64,000 nt of DNA from Spizellomyces punctatus DAOM BR117. Lineage: Eukaryota. The stretch lies in assembly GCA_000182565.2 (NCBI GenBank), contig KQ257457.1. One strand, given 5' to 3'. Under the pieces are notes generated by a model. The model did not search any database and had not been told where the DNA came from. It saw only the letters and a program-made list of their open reading frames with translations. This document shows, one piece after another, positions 27,282-38,743 of this stretch. Numbering within the stretch: position 1 is the first letter of the stretch; each line of letters begins with the position of its first letter. A program made the position numbers and the translations under genes.

Positions 27282-27478
27282 GAGGAATAGGTGGAATATA
27301 GAACCTTGTGGTATATTTCGTTTGTACTTTATCTTGCTTTGACGCGCAGTATGTCATCAACAAGTGAATCCCGAACATGGGATTATGGCGCTGAAAGCTA
27401 CCAAGACGTATACGGCCAAGATCATTCACATGGTTCACAATCTGACCCCTGTTCAGATGCTGTATTTCTCTAAGGATC

Positions 27479-29584
27479 TCAACGTTTATCTGTCGGTAGT
27501 CGCCGCTCTACCGTCTCTTTCTTCACTTCAACGTACTCTTTTTTCACTTCAGGTAATTGTCCTCTGTCTTTGTCCTCAACGGCCAGATTCACTCGCCTAA
27601 GCAAGCGATATAACATACCACCCATCGCTTGGGGTTCCGTTTGGAGGAACGACTTCAGCCAGACAGTTAGCTTCTGTTGACATGGAGCATAGCAAAGCAC
27701 AAAGCCGTGCACACTTACGATAATCATTCCCATTCCCATGGAAAACTTTGCGCAAGAAGGGATGGGTTTAAGCAAGCAGCATGAGGAAGGCAAACGACTG
27801 CGACCTCACCATAAATATTTCGAAATATTTGATCTTTGGCACCAAATCTCGATGTCTTAGAACACGATACAACGAGTCCACTCCGCGGGGGAGGACGTAC
27901 CTACGAATACCAACACATTAGCGGGAGAAATCACAGAAACAGATGTCATTCAATGTACATAGCCAATTCTGCCCTCCGCTTCCCATCTTCAATGAAAATA
28001 GACAAAGATGCCAGTGCACCTATAATCCAGTATGCCAGTTTGTGGTCTCCCGACAGGAAATTGAGCTTGATCAGGTTTCTTTGTCCGCAGATAAGCCACT
28101 TCAGGTTAAAAAAACAGGATATTTAGTTAAGCTGCGACTGATGAGCAAGCTGTACCATTCCGCACCTGGTAGGAGGATACAAAAACGGACAAGAATATCG
28201 AGCTACGCAGAGCATTGGAGAGGGCACGACGACCTAGAGGTACTGGTCTGATGCGACAGCAATAAGAAAACTACAACAAGAGGATAAGGCAGAAGCAGGG
28301 AGTACTCACTGTCGGATAAACTCTTTCAATTTGAGCAATGCCATCGGTACAAAGGTCAAGGTCAGGTATACGGGAAGGATTTTCTTAAAAACCTGCGACA
28401 GCAATGATGCCACCAAAGATCAAGTAAGTTAACATGCAATGACATGGAGAATCAAGCTCACCAGCCGCTGGATCTGACATTCAATACAGTGACCGTTTTT
28501 CGGCATTCCTCTGCACATACCTTTTTGAATACCCATGCACTGTTTAAGTTACAGGCTTGCGTCCAAGGATGCAATACTGTGCATGGAATCGCTTTCGGAA
28601 GCGCTCCCATCCGCATAACCTCATCAACGGCCTGCACAGTAGCGTGATGCTTCTGGATGGTTTGGACCACGTCGCCCACATCAAGAGCATCGCCTGCGTT
28701 ATTCATCCGAACATATTGGAGAACACGCTCCGGTATAGGTCCAGTGGTTAAGATGAACTTGTAAAATGATTTGGGGATCGTACTAGGGTGGAGCGAATAG
28801 GCGTACATGATTTGGGCTGAATGACTGTGTTATCTAACTCTTCCATATATTGAAAAAGATTCCACGTAACTTTGTACATACCAGAAGCAAGAGCAAATAT
28901 TAAACTGTCGCCGTTAGGAAGATGAAAGAGATTCCGTGCCTTCAATCCGCTGAAAACACACTAGCCCACGATCATTAGTGTCCAGAGCCATCGACTAACC
29001 GGCTGCATCTACCCACTTGAAGACCTCGGACCAGAAACTGCTGTGCGATGGCCACTCTCCGTCCTTTCTCCTCGAATGCCAAACTGACGCCCGCACAAGC
29101 TCCCGCAACAAATCCATTCAACTTGTCGTCCACTCCCCTCAACAATCGAAGAGTATCGTTCACACCCTTCCATACGGCACCAAAGGATGCAAAGAAGTAC
29201 GCAAATAGACGGAGCTCTTTGGAAGTCAGCGTACGTCTTATGCTGTCCACCAGGGTGGCTTTTCTGGGGCGCAAATCGATTGTTGAGTTTTCTCAGAAAA
29301 CGAGGGCGGGAAGGTCGTCCGCCAATCTTACCCCTTCGCAACTCTCACAAGCCTTAGTAGAAACCCAATGCCAGCACGAATGCCTATCGGTTAAAGCATA
29401 AGCATGCCGTTCCCAGCTGGCCCAACTGCACCTGGAACTCACTGAATCCCAGCAAACCCGCTCGGATGCCAACCCTCAACATGTGCCCAGGAATCTTGGA
29501 GGCAGATAAAGGTGCTGGAGAAAGACCCTCAAGCTTTGCCGTATTGATTCGCGCATAAGGAATCTGGTCATCCTGCTTAACCAT
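27479..29584 (-). CDS. TMEM135-like peroxisomal membrane protein
   Basis: DDKLNGFVAGACAG, RRVAIAQQFLVRGLQ, GDSLIFALASA…MYAY, IPCTVLHPW and SIFIENGKRRAELAMY motifs; multi-exon. Confidence 0.85.
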
Positions 29585-29823
29585 AGTGACTGGATGGGAG
29601 GTAAATGTTTGCAAATCACCGCCGTCCTACTTATTACTTGGATCTGCCCTATCATCAAAATCCGGCTAAACGCGCCTTTACCCCTTTATCCTGAGCCACA
29701 TCGGAGCCGATCATCAACCTTAAAACGTACAATTAAGGCCCAAAGATGTCATGTGCAGATACGCAAAAGTGAGATTATCAACAAAAGGATTAAATATACA
29801 TATGCCCATCACAAGGCAGCAAG

Positions 29824-31133
29824 TTAAATGGCCTCTAATGCTTCTTCCAGCTGTTTGATCAGGTCTAATGATACCATGCCCGAGTGGCTTTGAGGCCCAA
29901 ACCGCTCTCGAACAATAGGTATGATTTCGTCTCTTATTCGGACCAACAGATCGATGAGTAGTGTGCTGCGGTACTTGGTGACAAGAGTGAAAAGCAATTC
30001 CAAGCACTGAGGAGACACGCAAGTAAGTATCCTGTAAAAGGCCACCCCCGTTCGCCAAAATCGAGAGACTGGACGCTATACCTTCTCCACCAAGTCTGCA
30101 TCTTCTGTCTCACCCGCCGTCTGATCCAAAGCCATGGCAGGGACCCCGTTTTCCTGTGCCGCTTGGACAGCGCGGGATGCTACCTCTGGTTCCTCTTGTT
30201 CGATCAGCGACCGCCATAAGAAGACTACCCTCTTTAGTAGTGCGGGATTGGCATCGCCAGCCACTGACGCAAGTGTTCTAAAGCCATTGCCATCAACGAA
30301 GGCATCAAAGAGGGCACGGTTGTGTCGTATAGCGCCTTTAAGCTCAGAATTAGCAAAGTACTGACTTTGATGTCGTACCACATACATACCAGAGACACAG
30401 TACAGTGCCTTTGCGCGAACCTCCTCATCAGGATCAGATGCAAGGACTCGTAAAATTGGCCCAAGACCACCAGAATCCAGAAACTGTCATATCACCGTGA
30501 GCACATGCACCCACAACCCAGCACAGAATCCCAACGGGTACTCACATCTGTTTGCGATCTGGGATTATTCTGCACTGCGGTTCCAAGCACCCATGCTGCG
30601 TACATTCGCATCTTGGGCTCTTGACTTGATAGTTGATCAATTATGGGAGTCCATAAACTTAGTGGTCGCAGATCTGGTGATAACGCGATGAGCCCATTGT
30701 ACGCTTTGCTATTGTTCACAGCTTCGACAAGTCACGAACCATTCGCATTGTCCAGTGATTCGACGAGCATTTCCAATTCATCAAAAGCAGCCAATTTATC
30801 GTCAAGGCTCTTTTCAGTACCCCGTATGGTCTCCACACATTCTAGAATCACTTGCGAGTCAGGAAAAGGCGACGTGGGATTGACCAACGACCATAAACAG
30901 CTTTACCCTTCATCTTCACCGCATCGTCTTTTCCCAATATTACATCAATCCACTTCGGATCCTGAATTAGGAAACGGCTCGTTAAGCAAATAGACGGAAG
31001 GTTTTGACGATATATATGTTCGACGCACAATAGGTTCTCTTGTAACCGGTCGCTCAGGAATGGCCGATGACTCGTCAGTGGTGTGTGTTACGGCCCACTG
31101 AAGAAGCTCTGACTGGGTTGGCCGATTTGGCAT
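29824..31133 (-). CDS. FES1: Hsp70 nucleotide exchange factor Fes1/HspBP1
   Basis: ELLQWAV, DPKWIDVILGKDDAVKMK, AFDELEMLVESLDNAN, AAWVLGTAVQNNP and AIRHN armadillo motifs. Confidence 0.92.
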
Positions 31134-31367
31134 AATGTTTAGTTTATCGGGGTGAAGAGGTGGCTCGGGATAGCTGTTATGGGCCGGACCGTTGAGCTGT
31201 TGAAAGGGTTCAAATGTGTGATCTCGCACCTTCTGGAACTACAAGCAGTACATTGGTCGGTTGTCACCAGCAACAAGTTGCGCAGCACTTGATCACGTGC
31301 TAACCTGAGTCATCAAGCAAGTCTCGCCAGCAAGCTGAGGCTGGAGTCCAAGATTGCTGCCCGAGAC

Positions 31368-33115
31368 ATGAGCGAAAACATGCCCGTGCAAAGCAACGGC
31401 GGTGTGGCAGATTTAGAAGGGTAAGACCAGTCATTGTGACAAATGCGCGTCAAGGATTTACTAGAACGTCTATACTGGACAATAGACGGTGGCGAGATAT
31501 CTACACATATCTCGAACGACCAGGCCCACTAGCGAACGACGGCTTCGAACCAGGCGATCAAGTATGCGTGCAAATACTGGCCGATCTGCTGAGGGTTCTT
31601 ACATCTTTCACCTAGGTGAAAGAATTTCTGCATACCCTCAAAATCTTAGTGATTGGCGCTGGCGGCCTTGGATGCGAGTTATTGAAAGACTTGGCACTCA
31701 TGGGATTTACGGACATTCACGTCATTGATATGGATACGATAGACATTTCAAATTTGAATCGGCAATTCCTGTTTCGGTGGGTACTTTGATCCGTAGATGC
31801 GTGAGGTATTCCAACTACTGTAACTAATGACCCTTATGTGTGTGTCAGTGCGTCAGACGTGGGAAAGCCAAAGGCAGAAGTTGCCGCCAATTTTGTCATG
31901 AAACGAGTACCAGGCGTGAAGATTACGCCGTAAGTTATGCATGAAAGCCCGAGCCCATTCCGCGAACCTTAGTAAAACAACGCCCACCATCACAGCTACT
32001 TTGGCAAGATCCAAGACAAGGATGAAGAGTACTACAATCAATTCACAATCATCATCTGCGGATTGGACTCTGTAGAAGCCCGACGATGGATAAACGCAAC
32101 CGTCATTACCATGTTTGATGAAGAAGACCCGGAAACCTTCAAGCCGATTATCGACGGCGGTACCGAAGGGTTCAAAGGCCAATCTCGTATCATTCTTCCG
32201 CGAATGAGCGCTTGCTACGAGTGCTCTTTGGACATGCAAACCAAACCCACTACATATCCGATGTGCACAATTGCAAATACCCCGCGTCTACCGGAGCATT
32301 GCATCGAATGGGCGTCAGTCTTGGAATGGGCGAAAGAATTCCCAGGTACAGCTCTTGCAAGTTGTTTGGCAATTTGATCGCAAAATTGAGATATATGGTA
32401 TCATATAGACAAAAAGCTTGATGGTGATGACCCAGAGCACATTAAATGGTTGCTTGATAAAGCATCAGCCCGGGCGAAAGAATTCAATATCACCGGTGTC
32501 ACCTACACGCTAACGCAAGGCGTTGTGAAAAACATTATCCCTGCCATCGCTTCCACTAACGCCATCGTCGCTGGTGAGCTTTTCTAGTTATAGCATATTC
32601 CGTATCTCATGCTGATGACCGTACTGTGCGCGTCGCAGCATCATGCGCAAACGAAGCCTTCAAAATCGCAACGAACTGCGCAACCGCAATGAACAATTAT
32701 ATGATGTACGTAGGAGATCAAGGTGTCTACACGTACACTTTCGAACTGCAAAAGAAGGAAGACTGCCCTGTCTGCGGAGGGAAGGCAATCAAAGTGGAAA
32801 TCAACCCAGCGCACACGTTGGAAGATTTGATGGATCTACTGATGGATCGCAAAGATATGTACGTGGCATTTCATGGGTTCAATGGCATTATGGTTTGGTG
32901 TCTGAACCTCCCCGGGATATAGTCAACTGAAGAAACCATCACTGCGAACGGGCACAAAGTCATTGTATATGCGAGCCCCTCGCATGCTGGAGGAGGCCAC
33001 TCGACCAAACCTCGGAAAGCAGATCCGAGAGTTAATGGAGGATGGGGAGGAGGTCACCGTAACAGATGAAACGTTGCCAATTAGTATTCAAATGACGGTG
33101 CGATTTACAGAATAG
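31368..33115 (+). CDS. UBA3: NEDD8-activating enzyme E1 catalytic subunit
   Basis: [52 protein letters not shown], catalytic [30 protein letters not shown] and C-terminal E2-binding domain. Confidence 0.96.
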
Positions 33116-33309
33116 GGGAAGCTACGATTTCTAGCAATGTTGAATTATTGGATTTCCTATTCCACACTGTCCCGCAACTACACCAAATCTTGCTAAATGT
33201 GTACAAATTGCGTCTCCACCTATAGTAATGATCACTTGAACCTTGCTCAGCGGCTCCTCCGCTCCCACTCCCGATGCTAAGCATGCGAACAACTTCAATG
33301 CACCCAGTC

Positions 33310-34837
33310 TCAAAGCAAGAAGGGAATGATAACTTTGCGACTTCGGGGATACGCAGCTCCGAAATCCTTCTTGTAACGGATATGCTTCTTGACCGCCCAC
33401 AGATACATTTGGCCAAAGCCAGCGACCAGGAAGAAGTATGCTTTGTGATAGAGGAAATCCAATAAGATCCATCAGGAAAGTTTTTTTGTAGCGCGTTCTG
33501 AATATCAAAGTACATACCGGAAGCAGACCCGGTTAACAGGGCTACGGCAAGCCAACCCATAACTTCAAAGAAATAGTTGGGACAAGAGACCCAGTTGAAA
33601 CCGTACCCATGGGGAATCTGGTAGTCACCATTAGTATCTGATCATATTTCAGATTGTAACTGATGTTTACCTTTCGGACCCTTGTTCCGGGGGGTCGAAG
33701 ATTACGCAGTGTTACGTGCGTCAGAAAGTTTGAAACTTCGGCCCACTAGGGAGAATTACCATAAATAAAATAGTTCCGTGGTCCCGCTCAATTCAACCAG
33801 AATAGTTACCGCCCAAAACGCCAGCAAAGAATTCACAAAAAGATCGGAATGGGCTCCACCAAACAATCCACCATTGAACCCGGGGCGGTAAACAGGGTAT
33901 GCGATGGCGAGGCCGCCAAGAATCCAGTAGTGCGCGCAGTTTTTGGGTAAATTACGAATAGGCATGGTATCGTTACTAATCAGGGAGTACTCAGAATAAC
34001 ATGCGAATAGACCACAATTCGAAATGCAAGCGCAAACCTAAATCGGTGAACAAAGACCGTTTCATACTCGCGCTTGAGAAAGTGCAGAATGGTCAGCAGC
34101 AGGGTGAGCCTAGACAGGAAATGAGAGTTAGCAGACAGCTCTGTGGGTTATCTATGGCTTCATCATAATAGTCACACGGTACGTTTGTATCCGGGTGTGA
34201 GGTTGAGCTGCAACGCCAGGGTAAAAGACTTGCGGGAAGAAGTAAAATAGTGGGTGGATCAAGATGGGCCCAAAGTATTCGATCAAGAAAACGGTGGTCC
34301 AGCCAATTTGCGGTCCTGAATGTCCAAGGATAGTTTGGTACCAATGAACTAGAGATGATAACACGATAACTCTTGCATACCAAGATCCTTGAAAACGATT
34401 GCATCTAATGTACATTTGTTTGAACGAATGATTCACGATGTAAGGCAAAGGGCATTCAATAATATACCTCCGGCCTTGATTCCATATTGTTGCAAAGTCT
34501 GCCCCTTCTCCAAAGCCTTGTTATCTAGGGCAAAAAAAACAAAACGGGTCGGGAACGGCTATGCCATCGTTGTGGGCAACATCCATTGAATGAGAGTAGC
34601 ATACCAACGGTTAACCTTTGACGAGACGGGTAGTACTTGGGAACTTTTTGGTTCGGTCAAAATGAGAACCATGTCAGTCATTTGCAGCACAAGTCAAGAG
34701 CTTCCATCTATATACGCACAAGCCTTGTGGATGGCTGTCTTGAGATCATCTACGGTTGCATTTGTGACGTCTTTGCCGAGGTCTAGCTTCTCTTTCAATA
34801 GGCGGCCCGATCGTGCTTTGAGCGTAATGGTGCTCAT
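33310..34837 (-). CDS. TSC13: Very-long-chain enoyl-CoA reductase (TECR/Tsc13)
   Basis: Ubiquitin-like N-terminus (RQRLT), FKDLGPQIGWTTVFLIEYFGP, HFLKREYETVFVHRFS, KNCAHYW, VSCPNYFFEV and WAVKKH…YPRSRK…IPF; very intron-dense. Confidence 0.95.
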
Positions 34838-34980
34838 CTTTATTAAATCTATGGTGTGAAATTCGCTAACGTCAAACGGAGGGTTTTTGCCGCTGGATGA
34901 ACGGAAGGGACGCGACCAGAGCTGTCCGAAGCGTCATTTAACCTTTATGGGCTTCGGACTAGCTCATCACTTGAGTTGGG

Positions 34981-34992
34981 TTTCGCGCGTTT
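34981..34992. promoter_or_regulatory. Overlapping E2F (TTTCGCGC) and SCB-type (CGCGAAA) element upstream of BIR1
   Basis: tttcgcgcgttt about 40 nt upstream of the BIR1 ATG, inside the TSC13/BIR1 divergent promoter. Confidence 0.5.
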
Positions 34993-35029
34993 CTTGATGG
35001 TCGCGACATCTCGCAAGAATCTGACCACG

Positions 35030-36623
35030 ATGGAATGCTTCGACTTGCGGTTAGAGACATTTAGAACGGTCTCTCCAGCTTGGACACATAAACGGAAGAA
35101 AATATATACGAATCAGGTATGTTGTTAACGGCATTTTCAAGGTGGAGAGTCGTAGGAACTGGAACTAAATTCACTGCAGGTGGCAACAAATGGCTGGTAT
35201 TTATCAAATGGACCTGCCGAATGTGTATGTGGATGGTGCAACGCAGTTAGGAGCACATGGAGTGGAGTAGACGACCCTGCCTTGGGACATTCGAACACTT
35301 GTGTACTAGGACAATTTTGGACGCGGTTTGGACAAGACAAGTCCGGCACAGGGTCTCTTGATGCAAGACAGAAAACATTTGATGAATCGTGGCCACATCA
35401 GAATGCGGCGGGATGGGAGAAGCTTTCTGGTCAAAAGGTGTGCTTTCCTCACACTTTTTCAGTGTTGATCCTGACGACCTACTGCCTGGCGACTCACTCT
35501 TTATTATATTTGACAAGATGGCCGCCGCGGGCTTTATTTACTTTCCCTTGGCTGAATCGAGAGATACAGCCATGTGTCCCTACTGCAAGCTTTCTCTCGA
35601 CGGTTGGGAACCAGAAGACGACCCAATGTACGAAACTTGTTTGCTGGGACATTAACTTCGAGACTGGCGCCACTCACTGCTCCATTACTTTGTAGCATAG
35701 AACATGAAAAGCGTCAACCAACGTGTCAGTTTCTTAAAGCGAAAAGAAAGCAAGCAAAAACGCAAAGTGGTGCACCTACAGCGACAGCTAGCAGGGCCAA
35801 GACTCGGAGAGCTGCACCACACGCCTCAGAATCTGAACCGGAGATCATTCCTCCAAAGAGGCAACGAAATAAGGCCAAAAAGTCGGAGACGGCAGTTACC
35901 TTGGTCGTACCAGAAGTTGAAGCCGACGTGGTAAACGAAAATGCAGATGGAAAGGAAAACTCACCAGATCTCACACCAACCGAAGCACCGCGAAAAGGAG
36001 GACCGAGACCTCGCCGTGAAAGAGCCAAAAAGGTCTGTTATTCCGAGGACTTGCTTGACCTAGACGGAAAACCGAAGCCGGGACGTAAAGCAAAGACACG
36101 AACCGCGAATGAGAAGGTGGAAGAAACGGATACGACCGGGAAAAGTAAAGGACGCCGTCCACTTAGAAGAGCTGCAGCAGCCAAGAAAGAAACAAACTCT
36201 ATGGAGACTACTCGTGAGAGTGGCATAGAGACAGCTGATGAGGCAGAATCAGTAGCAATGACAGACATTGGCGAGGGCGGGTCAGAATTGCATCTGGAGG
36301 TGGACATGACGCCCACTCCTTCTGCCATCGACAATCAATTGCCTGCTGTGTCTGAAACCATCCCGCCCTTCATCAATGGTGTCCCCAATGACCCGGGGTT
36401 TGTGGGAAAAATTACCATCGAGAAGCTATCTGCCCATAAAACCTCGATGGCACTGACTAACGAGCAAAAGAGCATGACCGTCGAGGAATATCTACGAAAC
36501 GAAGCCATGAGCGTAAGAGCGGAGTTTCGCAAGAAGAGGGTCGAGGCATGGCAAAGCGTTGAACGAGAGTTTGAAAAATTGATCCATTGGATTGAGAAAC
36601 ATCCGGGAGACGACATGGGGTAA
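35030..36623 (+). CDS. BIR1: Bir1/survivin (two BIR domains, chromosomal passenger complex)
   Basis: BIR1 RLETF…W…CGWC…DDP…H…C; BIR2 RQKTF…WPH…MAAAGF…CPYCKLSLDGWEPEDDP..EH…C; basic disordered middle; C-terminal helix MTVEEYL. Confidence 0.9.
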
Positions 36624-36778
36624 AGGGAATACGGAGCTCCTTTTGATGGCCTTATGTATATAATATTGTTATTCATTGTAATGGGGGTGTGTATCGCAGA
36701 TCAAAATGTACAGAATTTGTCTTAAAACCCTAGTCATTTATCTGAATAGGTTTTGCTGAATTGATGCCCTACAATGTC

Positions 36779-37362
36779 CTACAACTTAGCCTTCACCTCC
36801 TTAATGATAACTTCAGGCGCTTTTACAAGCGACCGGTGGAAATGCACATTCCTCCATGCGCCCTCCTTTCGGTCCAGCTCCCAAACCCTAGTCTCCTGCG
36901 AAGTGGTAGTTACTGGCTCCAACGTTCCTTCGGGAGTCTGTTTAACACGCTGGACAAGACGCACGTAGGTGATGAGCGCCGAACAGCGGTCTGAAGAGAG
37001 AATACGGACATGGGGGGAGACCAGGGTTGTTGTTGCTGGTGGAAGACTTGCGTAAGGCGGTGGGGAAGTAGCACTTTGGGCGTGAGCAAGGGAAAAGTAG
37101 AATTTGTGGAAATCTAGGCCTTGAACCTTTTGACAAGAATATATGGTGAGCCTGGCAGACCTCTTCTTTTCTCCCCAACTCTGCGAAATGATAATACCTG
37201 ATGTTCGCCCGATTCTGGTTCAAAAGCCGTCATATCGTGGGACACCAGAGACGCATATGTTTCCCAATCACCTTCCGCCACGCTTTGCACGAGGCGAGTA
37301 GTGAGGTTGACGATAGTTGTTTCTAGTTTTGTGTCAGTGAAAATGTGCGGTAGCGGGGGCAT
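36779..37362 (-). CDS. Stand-alone CaMKII association (hub) domain protein, 170 aa, C-terminal PTS1 (AKL)
   Basis: Exons 37362..37198 and 37126..36779 (intron 37127..37197). Product contains GDWETY…MTAFEPE…VQGLDFHKFYF…PHVRIL…ITYVRLVQ…ETRVW…WRNVHFHRS…KAKL*. Confidence 0.9.
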
Positions 37363-38743
37363 GTTGCTTTAGATTGTAGTGAAATTGCAGTAGAGCAGGG
37401 AATCAACTTGCTGCGAAACGATGGGAGATCTATCTGTGAAGATGTCGATCTGATGTCACGTGCCAAAGAAGCCAATATGAAATGAGCATCAGGCGAGGAC
37501 GTTTGGCATCACCTCGTTCACCCGTCAGATGGACTTGCCAAAAGATAGAGAAAGACGGCAGACAAATGTTTCGAGAAGTGCATGGATGATTTTAAAAGAA
37601 TGTATTTTTTATATACCAAATGACAAGCAAGAAACAACAAGAACGAGTCAAAAACAGAAAGAAATGCAACAGTCGGTCCTCAGCAAACAAATTGGCATCA
37701 ATCTCCACCAACCCCATATAGGCTAGGCATGCCGTGAGTGGTGTTGTCAAACGCAAATTACATGTAAACCATCATAGGACCGACCGCTAATATACAAACC
37801 GCATCGCAGACATTCACTCATTGTGAGCGAGAGACACACCGAATCGTAGCACATCATGTACTCGACAAGGTGTCATATCGCCAAGAGTCCCAGGAAGCCC
37901 AGCCGCACAAATTGCCGTGAGAGCGTATAGACTAGTTCGCATTCTCAGGACAAATCCGGTGGTGCCCTATTAGGAAAAAAAGAGATTCTCATTAGAACCT
38001 ATGTTTCTCTCTTTCAGGTCTCCCCATCTCCCATATCAAGGCCATCAGTGAATTGTAGTTTAGAATTATAATATCCAACATGGTGCGTCTCTGGTCTCAA
38101 TTTTCCTCCTCGGCCACTTCTGTCCTACACCTATTTACGATACTCACATGCGTAACCCGGCCTTGACATGCCCTGAATCAACAATAGGTTTCTAGAAGAA
38201 GAGTGACACTGTCAGCCTTCAAGCGACATACAATGATATCAGAAAAGAGAGTCGAGAGGAACTCCTCAGCGATCTTGGTGATATAATAAACTGTCCTCAA
38301 ACCGCGAAGGTCAGGGTCGAGTTTTTGCTCATCAACGAAGCTCCTCATCCCAAAACTCCAACCACAGAGGGAACTATACTACATACCTGGTGTGAAACCT
38401 CAAGAGGGTTAGACCGTTATGCAGAGAATCTCTAGCTCACGATCCACCCTTTGAAAGGACTAAAAGAAGTGAAAGATGCAATTCCGCGAATTTATAGGCC
38501 ACGACCCAGAAAAATTCATTTTTTGTTGCTATGGTAAAGCTAAGTAAGACCCCGACCATCGTCGTCGAATCCTCACATTGCTATTGGAAAGAAGAGTAAA
38601 CCAAGAATATACACAGAGCTGCTACTACCAACTCGGGGTAAATCAATCGTATACATAGTAATCGGCCGAGAAACGTAAAGTCTTTGGTTTCGACGCCGCA
38701 AAAGACGCTGCAAGCACCGAATGTCCGCTGTCGTGCGGTGCTT

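Noticed and set aside
31231-31238. Heat-shock element TTCTGGAA upstream of FES1
   Set aside because: Only two nGAAn units; too weak without a third.
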